Positions 39,800 through 53,119 are shown, numbered from the stretch's first letter. The stretch: 64,000 nucleotides of DNA from Octopus vulgaris (GCA_951406725.2 OX597825.1:19654001-19718000), one strand, 5' to 3'. The notes: generated by a model not told the origin, from the letters alone. Numbers and translations: made by a program.

Positions 39800-40095
39800 T
39801 TTTATTTTCACTGTCCTGTTTATGTTACCCATTTTGACTCTCCGCAAAATTCAAAATTTTATTTAATTTGTTTGCGGGAGCAACTGTTTTATTAAAGTCA
39901 TATCTTATCGAAAAATGCTCGAAATACGGATTAGAAAAACAACTGATGAAGGGTCGTTATTTATGTTGCATGTCTTGCTTTCCATTTGTTTCCTTTGTTG
40001 TTCGCAAAAAATTCATATTCCATGTATTCTTATTTCGCATTCCATACTTTCGTATTTTTTGTTGTATACGTTCTGTGACGTCCTGTGCCCACATA
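39800..40095 (+). mobile_element. Unclassified interspersed repeat (hairpin + CTGATGA), copy 1
   Basis: CCGCAAA..TTTGCGGGAGCAACTG ... ACAACTGATGAA ... GTGACGTCCTGT.CCCA shared with 45395-45640. The 3' half is also at 19285-19455. Confidence 0.7.
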
Positions 40096-40158
40096 TGCAT
40101 ATGTATACACGCATATATGCATGTACATATACGTATGTATATATGCATATATATATAC

Positions 40159-40189
<31 letters not shown>

Positions 40190-40799
40190 TGTATATATAT
40201 ACATATATATATAATTATATATATATATGTATATATATACATAGATTATCAAAGTGAGTGTGTATGTGTGTGGCGTAATGGTACATAAACTTTGTGGGAT
40301 ATAAATTTTAAATTATGCCTTGGTCGCTAGTTCCAGTGGAAAACCTAATTAACTTGAGTGGTTTTCTAGGATAGTGGGGGCAAGCTACTGCGATTAAAGG
40401 AAGAGTGGTTCAATGCAAAGGGGAGTTGTTGTTTGAAGTTATTATGCTTTTATCAAAACAAAGCAACGAAAAATAAAATTCTCTTTTTGCTTTGTATCCA
40501 AATTCGTCGTAACAAAATCTAAATCTAGAACTAGGTCTCTAAGCCACAGGGCTTAGAGAATTTGAAATAGTTTTAGTTCTTTTGCAAAGTTATTTGAATA
40601 CTCAAAGGATTCATATTATATTATCTTAAGAAACTTTAGATGCCGCAAATTTCCACGTTAGTATATTATTCTTTTTCATCATTTTAAACGACCGAGTATA
40701 AGAGGATAATGAATCAGACCCGATTTCAGTTTTTGAAAAAGTCATAAGCGTTACTTTAGTCACTGACACAAAGTTTATTAATTTTTATTAATTCCAATT

Positions 40800-41445
40800 G
40801 CGGGCGAGTTGGCAGAATCGTTAGCACACCGGGCGAAATGCTTAGCAGTATTTCGCCAGCCCTAACGTTCTGAGTTCAAATTCTGCCGAGGTCGACTTTG
40901 CTTTTTCTCCTTTTGGATCGATAAATTAAGTACCAGTTACGCACTGGAGTCGCTATAATCGACTTAATCCCTTTCTCAGTCCTTGTTTGTCCCCTCTATG
41001 TTCAGCTCCTTGTGGACAATAAAGAAATAAGAATCGTTAGCACACTGGGCAAAAAAATTAACGTTTTGAGCTCAAGTTCCACCAAGGTTGACTATACCTT
41101 TTATCCATTCAGGATCCTTAGATTTAGTACCAGTTGACCACTGGAGTCGATATAATCGACTAGCCCCTTTCCCTCAAATTTCAGGCCTTGTACCTATAGC
41201 AGAAAATAATATAAAAATTTCCAAAAACAAAAAAAAGAGCCAACTGACAGAATCCAATTAGCGAGATGAGCAAAATTATTGAGGAGTTTCCTCTACTTTA
41301 CGCCTAGAGTTCAAATTCCGCCGAGGTTGACTTTGCCTAACACCATTCGGGTTCGATAAAGTAAGTACCAGTTGAACACTGGTGTCGATGTAATCGACTC
41401 ACCATTTGGTCAGAAATTGCTGGCTTTGTGCCAATATTTGTAACC
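40800..41445 (+). mobile_element. SINE family B dimer (two different tails) followed by a third copy
   Basis: Head at 40800, junction AAGAAATA|AGAATCGTTAGC at ~41029, third copy at 41238-41445. Confidence 0.85.
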
Positions 41446-42049
41446 TATATTATCTATATTATCTATATGTTCGATAGGTTTAGTTATCCTTGATTTAATA
41501 TATTATTCATAATTTGGTTATTTATCTAAATATTATTTAATTACCTTAATTTAATAATTTTTTCATCGTCTTTGATGGTAAATGGTCAAATATATCCCGG
41601 GTGAAACGTGTCTTTGATGTCTGCGAGGTTAACAAAAAGTAGCATGCAAACGTTGTATTGATATTATTGATTATACCGACGAAAAGTGTCGAACCATCTG
41701 CATGCGGGCTAATTCAATATTATTTCATTCGCATGGGAACAGCAGCGCTAGCGCAGCGGACAGAATGATATGAATGGCTATATATTTTACGTTGCACTCT
41801 GTGCTTACATACCGTTAAATTTGTATTTATCTTTTATCCTTCCAATGCATAAATTAAGAACTATACATGTACTCTACTTGAAATACTAAACTGTTCATGA
41901 TATGTCGGACCTTGACTGTTTCTACAAAGGCTAATTAAGCAAGTAGGCGATGGATCTTTTACATGTTGCTCAAGTTTACTGTAAAACATGCATGTACGTA
42001 TTTTCCTTATGGGTGCATGTATGAGATTCTATTCTTTCCACTTACTTTT

Positions 42050-42615
42050 TTTTTATTACTTTTCTACTTGTTTCAGTCAGTTGACTGTGGCCATGCTGGA
42101 GCACCGTCTTTGGTCGAGCAAATCGACCCCATGACTTATTCTTTGTAAGCCTAGTACTTATTCTATCGGCCTCTTTTGCCGAACCGCTAAGTTACGGGGA
42201 TGTAAACAAACCAGCATCTGTTGTCACGTGATGTTGGTGGATGGACAAACACAGACACACAACTATACACACACATACACACACACACACACACATATAT
42301 ATACATATATATACATATATATACATACATATATACATATATATATACATACATATATACATACATATATACATATATATATACATACATATATACATAT
42401 ATATATAGATACATATATACATATATATATATATATACATATATATATACATACATATATACGACAGGCTTCTTTCAATTTCCGTCTACCAAACCCACTC
42501 ACAAGGCTTAGGTCAGCCCGAGGCTATAGTAGGAGACACTTGCCCAAGGTGCCACGCAGTGGGACTGAACCCGAAACCATGTGATTTGTAAGCAAGCAAC
42601 TTACCACACAGCCAC
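42050..42615 (-). mobile_element. SINE family A with ~200-bp expanded internal microsatellite
   Basis: Homologous to the other family A copies. Confidence 0.9.
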
Positions 42616-42669
42616 AGAATCACTGCCCATTGCACTTACTGATCCTCAATAAATATATGCTTCAGTTAG

Positions 42670-42870
42670 ATTAAGTTCAGCATGCCGGGCAAAATGTTTA
42701 GCGGGATTTCGGTGTCATTATGTTCTGAGTTCAAATTCCCCCGATGTCGATTTTCTCCTTTTTCTCCCTTTCGAGGTCGATAAAATAAGTAATATTCGAG
42801 CAATTGGGTGGATGTAAACCACTTGCTCCCCTACGTAACTGGCTAGCCTTGGGCCAACCTTTGAAACCAA
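42670..42870 (+). mobile_element. Decayed SINE family B
   Basis: GCATGCCGGGCAAAATG ... GAGTTCAAATTCC ... GAGGTCGATAAAATAAGT. Confidence 0.75.
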
Positions 42871-43357
42871 TTAGACTTGCGCCTAATATAGAAATAGAAC
42901 ATTATCTACTTTATTATCTCACTGTTATGAAGTTGTACTTTTAATATAACCAATGTGAATAACAGTTTAATAAAAACGCAGAGAAAGGCAATAAAGCCAT
43001 CTAATAGCTGCTTTTATGAGAATTCGTAAGGAATACAAAGATTTAGTGGACACCTGAAGCTTGAAATGAGACTTGGACAATGCAGAAGATATTTATTACA
43101 AATATTACTAAAGACATCGAGAGTATAAATATATATGAATATTAATCCACATATTTATCATAATCTACGTAACTCCTTACGTATCTCTGATTATGTACAA
43201 GTGAGGAGGGATGAAATGAGAACCATTCAACAGGTATAAAGTATGCTATTTCCTCTCATAATATAACTTACTGAAAATAGAGAACATATATAAGGACTAA
43301 GTAATTAATGATAAATCTCAGAGCTAGTTATAAACAGTAGCGGTAACACATCGTGAG

Positions 43358-43532
43358 GCATATTTGCCATTTGAATATGGCTAACACATAAGGGTGGATG
43401 CTACTGTAGTTTGTAGCCTCAGGAAGATATCTCCTCCAGCTGGCTATAGACACACTATCTGTGTCCTCTCACTATTTGTGAAGGGGAGTCATCCATCCTT
43501 ATGGGTTTGCCATATTCAAATGGCAAATATGC
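43358..43532. mobile_element. Small foldback/MITE-like element with ~43-bp inverted arms
   Basis: GCATATTTGCCATTTGAATATGGCTAACACATAAGGGTGGATG and its reverse complement (3 mismatches) around an ~90-bp spacer. Confidence 0.8.
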
Positions 43533-43632
43533 GACTAAGTAATTATTATGATTCTTTAACTGTAGCGGCAAGTACACAGGAGTGAAATATATAAACGTAT
43601 ATGTATATAATTGCTGATGGGATTTTAGAATT

Positions 43633-44072
43633 GGATAATTTCGGTTTGAACGGCAATTTTTCCTAGCGGTGTCATATGAAATTGTCACCTATAATTATGA
43701 CACTAGAATCGATCTATTGCATTTCAATCTCTTTTAGGGTTAGTTAGGGTTAGAGTTAGGGTTAGGGGTGGGGAAGGGTATCTTTTTTCTTCACAAATGT
43801 AAATAAACCCAATCTGTTTCTTACAGGAGGGACATATTCATACGGCACAGAATGTTTTTTTTTTTTTTTTTACCTCAATAGAGGTATTTGATTGGTAGAA
43901 ATTGCAGAAATTGAAGAAAAAAACAACAAATATCTTACAAGCTATAGAATTTTCTCAATAAAGCCAAGAGAAAAAGATGTTTTATAAACACATTCTACCA
44001 GTATACGAAGTTTAAAATTTTTTAGTTACCTAGAAATTATGTTAAAAACCGCCGTTCAAACCGAAAAGATCC
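43633..44072. mobile_element. MITE, copy 1 (TIR GGATCTTTTCGGTTTGAACGGC, internal TTAGGG repeats)
   Basis: Terminal inverted repeats with a damaged left end; colinear with 47598-48014. Confidence 0.85.
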
Positions 44073-45052
44073 GATAACATTTCAAGTGTATAAGATGATT
44101 TCGGCGGAATAACTACATATCGGGAACGGAACTCGCATTACTATCTTCACTTGATGGCAGTTTACATGCAAGAAATTTATATCAGTTGCACAGCATTTAA
44201 ATTGTAAAATTACTAAATTACGGGAAAAACAAAACACGTTTTTATTTTTAGCGTAAGAGCGGAGCTTTATTCGTAGTTGGAGAATTATATTCATTGCAGA
44301 ACAAACTAAATAAAACTGTTCCACTGTCCAAACAGCTCATTTTACAGATAATTTCACTTGTTTACTATTTGAAGTTTTTACGGAACTTCGAAGCATCGAA
44401 AAAACGTAAAACAGTAATTAAACCATAAAGGTAAATGTATGATAATATTTTATGAACCCCACCAAATAAAATAGGCAACTCGCTTCTGTTTATTATGCTC
44501 ATTACAGTTTACCTGGCTCTAAAAACGAAAATCTAAATGTTGTAAATAGAAACAATGAAAGAATACGTGGTAGCTTTAATGAGTGAACCTATTAACTTTG
44601 ATTTGCAATCCCCCTTTTTTTTTTTTAGACTTGTGAATAAACAACGCAATTTTAAACTGACAGCTGTTTACCAAACCTATTACCATCTAAATTACTACAC
44701 AAAATCATAAAGAAAAGTAATTATCCAACTCCATTTCGACAATCAATAGACGTAAGATTACTCTCTTCACAAAACCGATGCATACAAACATGCCGTTACA
44801 TGTGTTCGAGCGCGTGTGTAGCTCTGTGTGTTTATATATAAATACACACATACATACACACACATTTGTACTCACACTCATATATACACAAGATAGTATA
44901 CCTGTATGTGTATGTATATTATATATATATATTATGTATGTGCGTATATTTATATACACGTATATACGTAAGTGTATCTACATACGTACATACAAATATA
45001 CAGTAGGAGGTTTTCTGCAAAATAGCTTCTTCCCTAATCCTTAACTGGCGAC

Positions 45053-45054
<2 letters not shown>

Positions 45055-45109
<55 letters not shown>

Positions 45110-45350
45110 GCATCTCGACCAATACGCTACTTTGGATGCTGCTGGATGACAGACTCTGGCTATGAAGTTGTTTCACACTTTCTTATACATGGCACTGGCC
45201 TTAGCATGCACGAGTTCGAGGAGTAGCGACTTCAAGTATTCCACAATTTGTTCCACCCATGTCTTCTTTGATGCGCTGTGTTGGATTCGCCAGTGCGTCA
45301 AAGAGAATATTTCTCCAGCGATCGCTACTTTACCTTCGTCTACTCTAAGG
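45055..45350 (-). pseudogene. Possible decayed RTE-like LINE 3' end with (TC)n tail
   Basis: Minus frame HWRIQHSASKKTWVEQIVEYLKSL resembles WxRxRGxPKKTWxxxIxxDL; ends in (TC)n. Confidence 0.35.
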
Positions 45351-45394
45351 ACCCTTCATGTTTGTTTTCATTCGGTTTCCTTGTATGTCTTTAC

Positions 45395-45640
45395 TGACCT
45401 GTTTTTGTTACAAATTTTAACCCACCGCAAATTCCAAATTATATTTTGGTTTGCGGGAGCAACTGCCCTTCGAAGACTCATATCGTCGTTCAATGGTCGA
45501 AATGAGGAGAAGATGGACAGCCGACAACTGATGAAAGATCCTGTTTTCCAATTGTTTCTTTCGTTGTTTATGTATTTCATGATTCTCTCGTTGTTTTCGT
45601 ATTTCATGTTGTTTGCGGTTCGTGACGTCCTGTACCCATA
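45395..45640 (+). mobile_element. Unclassified interspersed repeat (hairpin + CTGATGA), copy 2
   Basis: Colinear with 39800-40095. Confidence 0.7.
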
Positions 45641-45676
45641 TATGCATACATATAAGTGTATGTGTGTACACACATA

Positions 45677-45719
<43 letters not shown>

Positions 45720-45766
45720 TATTTATATTACTATTTGATTGACCGCCACGCATCCATTTCCAAGTA

Positions 45767-45820
<54 letters not shown>

Positions 45821-46525
45821 AATATATGCATGTCCTCCCACATGCGCACATTCACTTATACACACGTATATACACACACAGATCGACACTGACATGCATT
45901 ACCATCTGTATGCTCGAGCACATATAACAAGATAACCAAATGCATACTAGATATATTATACAGATGGACACATCTACAGATACACACATATTCTCACACA
46001 CATGCGCGCATGTGAACACACGCGCGCACACGCACAAATATATATACATATATATTTGTGTGTGTGTGTGTATTACCGCGGTGGTGGTGGTATTAATCTG
46101 TGTATCCTATCATGTACGATAGGTATAGGAACACATGCGCAACGTATGCATACAAGCAAATTTCAGCTCAATAAAACGCTTATGTCTTATATCAATCAAG
46201 AACCGATTGAATATTTACGATATTTCCGGATGATCTTTACTCCTCTATAAAATTCTCTGGTATGAAGTATACCGATGTTTTATATTTGCATCTGATCATT
46301 TAAAGAATTGAATGTAGTTTACACGTATGCACTGTTTCAGAGGATGCAGTTAAACTATTGTATCGTATATGATTCCTGATGCGGAAATTAATACATTATC
46401 CGCTAGTGTATTTGACATATGATATTCATATTTGTTAATGTTTGGTGTAAGTAATACTTTTCTATATTGAAAAAGGAGAATATAAATGAGGAAACATGTT
46501 TCATGTGGCTTCATTTCCAACTTCA

Positions 46526-46591
<66 letters not shown>

Positions 46592-46989
46592 TAAATGGAC
46601 GCTTTCTTATCTGATTTTTGATTCAGTGCCTATCAATAAATTTGTCGGACTTAATCAAACAGTTGATATTGAGAGACCGATGTACACCAACATCCTGAAC
46701 TATAAATGAATGCGGAAAATACGCTGGTTTCTATTGAAGGAACACAAGAATATGCCACACATTATATATATATATATATATTTTAAATTTGTGATGAATA
46801 TAACTTGTAATTTGTAAATTTTCTTCTAGCGTTGCTGAAAACAAATTGACATTGCTTCGAAGTTTTAGCGTATCGAGATATCAAGTTTATACTATAATTT
46901 TCATTAAAGTCATAAAGTGTACGTTACATTCTTCATATGAAACGATTGCTTAAAATTATGAAGTGAAGCCATGTGTAGAAATATTAGTT

Positions 46990-47187
46990 TCAGCATTTGA
47001 CACGATGCCAGCAATTCCAGGGGAGTCGTTAAGTAGATTATATCGACCCCAGAACTCATTAAGTAGTTATTTTATCGAACTTGAAAACATGAAAGACAAA
47101 GTCAACCTTGGTGAAATTTGAGCTCAGAACGTAAATACCGCTAAGTACTTTGCGTGGCGTGCTAACGTTTCTGCCAGGTCACCGCCT
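46990..47187 (-). mobile_element. SINE family B monomer
   Basis: Reverse complement of the head GGCGGTGACCTGGCAGAAACGTTAGCACGCC and of the core. Confidence 0.85.
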
Positions 47188-47597
47188 TTCTATTTAGAAA
47201 TATTACTCCAGCTAATTACCAAGAGCGTACCTCAGTTAGTGTTAGTTAGTGTTAGTGCTAAGAAATAACCACAATATACCAAGGAAGCAAAGTCTCTAGT
47301 TTGCTGGCCTCCTTTCAATAATTCCCTGTGGTGACTCGGCACAGTAAAAAAAAATTCGGAAGACCTCATACGCTTTGTACCCTAATGATTATATGTAATG
47401 AACGCGGCCACTAGAATAATTAGGATCCTTCTAAAAGTCTGCGAGAAATGTTGAAGCTAAACCAAGTTATTTTTGTGACAGAAACTTAAATAAATTTTGG
47501 GGTTAAGGAATATTTTCTGATAAATAAATATTCGGATTATAAAATGCTATCGGCAAAATGCTAACAATAGTAAGAAACCTAACTAAATTAATTGTGG

Positions 47598-48014
47598 GGA
47601 TCTTTTCGGTTTTAACGGCAATTTTTTCTAGTGGTGTCATGAAATTGTCACCTATAATTATGACCCTAGAATCGATCTATTGCATTTCAATCTCTTTTAG
47701 GGTTTGGGTTAGTTAGGGTTAGGGGTAGGGTATCTTTTTTCTTCACAAATGTAAATAAACCCAATCAGTTTCTTAAACGAGGGACATATTCATACGGCAC
47801 ATAATGCTTTTTAACTCAATAGACGTCACTGATTGGTTGAAATTGCAGAAATTGAAGAAAAAAACCCAGCAAATATCTTACAAACTATAGAATTTTCTCA
47901 ATAAAACCAAGAGAAGAGATGTTTTATAAACACATTCTACCAGTATACGAAGTTTAAAATTTTTTACTTACCTAGAAATTATGTTAAAAACTGCCGCTCA
48001 AACCGAAAAGATCC
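47598..48014. mobile_element. MITE, copy 2, ~29-bp TIRs and 8-bp TSD (Merlin- or hAT-type)
   Basis: GGATCTTTTCGGTTT...AAACCGAAAAGATCC, flanked by AATTGTGG and AATCGTGG. A GG-starting TIR with an 8-bp TSD fits Merlin. Confidence 0.85.
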
Positions 48015-48613
48015 AATCGTGGTATTTATTTGCAAATCTTTATGGTTTTAGTTAAACACGTATTTAGTTAACAATTCATTTCATTCTCCAAAGGTCGATA
48101 ATGTAAGAGCATTGATTGATATCTGTTTACTAAAGCTAACAATAAATATGTTGATATTTACCGATATTTTGAAACTCACATAAGATATAATACTTCGTGT
48201 TGAAGATAGTAAAATATTTTTTATTGTAATGTTACCTAAAGACAATGGGAGGAAAATATTTATAGAGCAACTATTAGCATTCCTTACGGTCTTGTGCCTT
48301 TTTATGTTGTGTGTTCGAATATCGTTAAGGTCGGCTTTGCGTTTATTACTTCCATGGTCGATAAGACATCGACGTTATTGATTTTAATCTTCCTCACATT
48401 TCGAGGCCTTGTGTTGATGTGAGAAATCAGCACTTCAACCAATATCTATATCAACTTTAATATAATTTTCTTTCTTGAGACCAATATATTATTGAAATGA
48501 AAGTATATTACTTAGCAAATAGCCTGGAATACACAGTTTTAAGATCTTACTTCGGTGTTCAACAATTTGTTTCCATTCAGCGAATGACCCGGGTAGCCTC
48601 AGAAAAAACCGCT

Positions 48614-48653
<40 letters not shown>

Positions 48654-48668
48654 CACACATACATACAT

Positions 48669-48757
<89 letters not shown>

Positions 48758-48758
<1 letters not shown>

Positions 48759-49130
48759 TAGGAAACGCACCCGTCCTTTGGTCGGTGTAATTTATTATAA
48801 CGGCGCATTCCTTTGGACAGTTTAAGTTGAATTAGCCCGCAGTTAGAAGTTGTTTTAAGCTGATAAGCGTAAAATATATAATTACTAATTTGGTTAGCAG
48901 TTTATGATATGGTATTAAGCAGCCGATGCAATGAAGAAAGTTTTTTGAGCACAAATTTGGCATTTAGTAATAAATGAAAGTCCATGAAATGAGATAGCAA
49001 TTGCAGTATGTCTTAGAGAACCTATATCTTACCTGAAGTTTTTTGTAGTATTGTAGTTATTTTACACTTAATGCCTGACACAACTGCATTGAAGCTTTTT
49101 TTCAGTGAAAGTCATGTATGATATTCAAAA
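48758..49130 (-). mobile_element. Helitron 3' terminus
   Basis: Minus strand ends ACACCGACCAAAGGACGGGTGCGTTTCCTAG|T: an imperfect hairpin followed by CTAG before T. The inner boundary is uncertain. Confidence 0.65.
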
Positions 49131-49159
49131 GCAAACATTTATAGCAAACACACAAACAG

Positions 49160-49497
49160 AACAAGAGTACTCAGAGCGGGCAAACCTCTGCCAAGGCAAC
49201 ACCAACATCCTCCCAATGATTAACTAGAGATGATTTTTAAAATGAGAATATCTTAAATAAACTCGACTGCTCTCACAAACGAGGATACTAAAAATGAACT
49301 CGACCGCTCTCAAAAATTAAGTAAAAAAAGAAACAGGAAAAATAATCCAGAATCCTTGTCCTATATCGGATCTATATCAAAATATAATCAGTTCGTGCTA
49401 GTCACGAGACCATCGTTGAAAGTTTCATCCGAATCCATTCAGTGGTTCTTGAGATATCTTGTCCATGAAGAAACAAACCAATCCTGACTGAAAACAC
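49160..49497 (-). mobile_element. Helentron-associated (HINE/DINE-like) non-autonomous element, truncated
   Basis: Plus strand AACAAGAGTACTCAGAGCGGGCAAACCTCTGCCAAGG (terminal stem-loop plus subterminal motif) and AAAGTTTCATCCGAATCC..GGTTCTTGAGATATC, an architecture I recall from these elements. Confidence 0.55.
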
Positions 49498-49680
49498 TGC
49501 TGTGAAGGGTTTTGTCGAACAAATCTATCCTAGGAGTTCTTTAGACTTTGGTATTCATTCTACAGGGCTCTTGCTCCGAAACTACTTAATTATGGGAACG
49601 TAAAGAAAACATCACCAGTAGTTAAGCGTTTGGGCAGGGAACAGCACAAGCACAAGTCACACACACACACACACACACAC
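49497..49680 (-). mobile_element. Decayed SINE family A fragment
   Basis: GAAGGGTTTTGTCGAACAAATC ... CCGAAACTAC ... ACACAC. Confidence 0.6.
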
Positions 49681-49699
49681 ATTCTGAAATCATAATTCT

Positions 49700-50130
49700 T
49701 TGATATTTTTAATTTGGTCAGCTGAAAGCAGTTTTGGCACAAACTTGGCAGACACGCGTCTCATACCCAAAACTTCAGTAATAACTGACTGAACTGAATC
49801 GTAACTAATCTGCACTTCTTCTGATAACTCACGGATGGTGATTCAACGATTTAACCTCACATTTGCACGCACATCTGCGATGTCTTTTCTCATCTCTCCT
49901 GGTTGCGGGTCTCCCAGATCGTTCATCAATATCGACATTTTTTCGGCCATCTCGGGAATATCTGAAATACTCGTACACATGTGTGCGGCATATACACTCC
50001 GCTCCATATACTCTCTGGACATTTGTGTAGTTCTTTGAGTAGGTATCGCCATGACAACTTTCTTTGTCATGGTCAATGCGACGATCACAGGCTACACACC
50101 TTTCCAAGCACGACTGTAAACAACGGAAGT
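49700..50130 (-). pseudogene. mariner transposase N-terminal fragment
   Basis: VYGAECICRTHVYEYF..DGRKNVDIDERSGRPAT, then RELSEEVQISYDSVQSVITEVLGMRRVSAKFVPKLLSADQ (HTH plus WVPHEL-like motif), frameshifted. Confidence 0.9.
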
Positions 50131-51865
50131 GAGGTAGAACATTAAAACTTAGTGTGCATACATAGCATATTTTAAGAAGAAGAAGAAGAAGAAGAAGATG
50201 ATGATGATGATGATGAGGATATTCATAAGCCTTAATTTAATTGAAGATCAACTCGCACCAAAACTTCTTTTGTATAAGAGCAACTCATACGAAATTATCG
50301 GATCTTACCATTAAAATGCATTTATTTCCCTTGTTAATTTTATTTAATATATTTCTCGGTGGAGTGATCGATATGCAGATAGTATGTTCCTATTTGACTA
50401 ATAGAGGCAACTACATTTGGGTACTCAATACACGTGAAACTCTTTCTATGGGAAAAATAGAGAGCAACTGCCTCAATTTTACCAATGGGAGGAAATATTG
50501 TTTGCGACATGTTTCGTTAATAATGTTATGTACTAATTCGAAAGTCGTATTAAGAGCAATCAACTGAATAATTAGTTGATGACGTTGAAATTGAAACTAT
50601 TCTGTTTTGGGTGATTCTGCAGAGCATTCGGAAACGTATATTTATGGAAATAAATCTTATATAAATGTTGTGCAAGTTATCGAAACACAATGGTTTGTCT
50701 TGTACTACTGGCTGTGCGTTGCATTTGCTTCAATCTCAGCTCAGCTTATATATTCACCATTCTTGCATCAAATCAATGTTAATTGTCCTTTCATCGTGTT
50801 TCAATTTGTAATACGCCTATACCGCAGGGATATAACCTCTTTAATTAGCTACTTCAATCAATACCTCGCGCTATACACCTATGGAGATTTATAATATTGC
50901 AAAATTATTCTTCCAAGTCTTTAACGGACAAGGCATCTTTTCAAGGAAAGAAATCAAAAGATAACATGCATGCATCTATTAATCTTCACCTCTGCAACGT
51001 ATTTCTTTCAGATTTTGAGAATTCTCTCTCTCTTAGAATAAGTGGAATATCTTATTATTGGACGTCGTTGTGAGACTTAATTTAATATCTAGTCTCCCAT
51101 TGTGTCGATATGTGAAGGATCGAAACGTAATTATATTCTTCAGGAATAACAACCTATTCATTTCTGAGAATGACACTCAGACACTTGCTGTTGGGGAATG
51201 TTATAGCGAAATAAAATGATCGGTGCATATTATTGTTATATAATATTGGAATAAAGCTATATACTTTAGAGAAAGGGAAAGTCGGCTTCATTGGGTTAAA
51301 TAGCTGATTCATAGGTATCACCCCAGTATAAAGATTTTTTTTTTCTCAACCAGAATGTTCCGTTATTGAATACCCCACGAATTGTTGACCGTTTCGCAGT
51401 CTACCATCTATGGACCCTTATTTTATATTTATTGACAAGCAGGTATAATCGATTATTTCGATCTCCAATAATTAATTGGTAGGTAATATATCGACCCCAA
51501 ACAAGTGATGAAACAAACAGAAGCTGGTTGTTGCGAGATGCATAACGGGAAGAAATAAACGGGACGAAATAAATGGGCACAAATAAAAATGGTCGGGCAT
51601 TGGTACGATACATAATCGTTCATACCAATCAATCACAGTAGACTAATGAATTATTAATGATTGATATAAGGCAAGAAGTGGCTGACCATACTTAGTATGA
51701 TATTCTGTTGGAAATATTGAAATGAAGAAATAAACACATCTGATCGGAAAGTATTGAAGAATCGCTGACTTGACTGTTTACACACACACACACACACACA
51801 CGCATACACTCATACGTTACACATACATACACAAACATATGTCTATGTGTACATGTATGAACATC

Positions 51866-51918
<53 letters not shown>

Positions 51919-52109
51919 ATGTATATGGAGAAGACTTGTATACCCACACAGGAAAGAGCATAGGAGTATAGGGAAATTTGTTTTGTTATTTCAAAAGGTA
52001 CCTGAATCCGAAAACTTCTAGTCCTTTTTGAACTTTATCATAGATTTATTGAAAAGTCTCTGTCAATAGCATTTTCCTTATAAATTATACATGTATATAT
52101 GGATTAATA

Positions 52110-52315
52110 ATTATAATAATAATAATAATAATAATAATGCTAATAGAAATAATAATGATAATAACAACAACAACAATAACAACGTTGGCAAAAAATACCT
52201 TACGAATGAGAACCCTGGGTTGGGTTCAAAATTCTACCAGGACACCTGAGGAAGGCTGGAGAGTAAATCAGCCGAAAAGTTGTAGTAACAACAAACAAGA
52301 TGAGAACACATATCT
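52110..52315 (+). mobile_element. Head-less copy of the (AAT)n + hammerhead element
   Basis: AAAAATACCTT..GAATGAG..CC ... GACAC-CTGAGGA-A-GGCTG..CAGCC-GAAA-AGTT-GT; homologous to 14525-14640. Confidence 0.7.
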
Positions 52316-52339
52316 TTAAAAAAAGATCTTCTTTAAAAA

Positions 52340-52435
52340 AAGTACTGGGATCGATTCATGCGGTTAAGAAACAATTTTGAAGGCGGTGCACCATCATGGG
52401 CACAGTCTAATGACTGAAATAAGTAAAAGAGACAT
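52340..52435 (+). mobile_element. SINE family A 3' fragment
   Basis: GAAGGCGGTGCACCATCATGGGCACAGTCTAATGACTGAAATAAGTAAAAGA. Confidence 0.75.
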
Positions 52436-52714
52436 GATAAAAAGATAAATTGGACAGCTAGTGAAAACGTATACTCTTGTGCTATTCTATACCAAATATA
52501 TTTCACTTCAAATGAATGAGAAAACAAAGAGAACTAGAGCGAAACTGCAATAGTAACTAATTGTACCAGAAGATCAATAGTAACTAATAAATATAAAGAC
52601 TCACACGCACTCACATCTATGCATACATACACCCATAATTAATAATACATACGCAGACATACACATACAATTATATATACACATACAATTATATATACAC
52701 ATATATATTTATGA

Positions 52715-52789
<75 letters not shown>

Positions 52790-53119
52790 TATATATATGT
52801 ATCTATACAGGTACCTGTATGTGTATATATATATATATATATACAAAATACGCAAGCGTAATCACCCAAATAAATTCTTCCACAAAATGTAACGTAAGCA
52901 TACTTACTTTGCAAAGATTTACACAGATAATTCGATAAGGTAAAAATAAAAAAATAACGATTAATAATAGCAATGAAAAGATAATAATAACAGCATTAAT
53001 TTTTATCTCATTAATATGATGGGAAGTGAAATCCGTCAAATAGTTATTAAAAAAAATATTATTACAAAATTTTTGTAGCAGAAAATTTCAAAAAGTATGC
53101 TTACACATTTCGAAACTTT

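Noticed and set aside
43735-43770. Telomere or chromosome-fusion relic
   Set aside because: The TTAGGG tract is internal to a repeated MITE.
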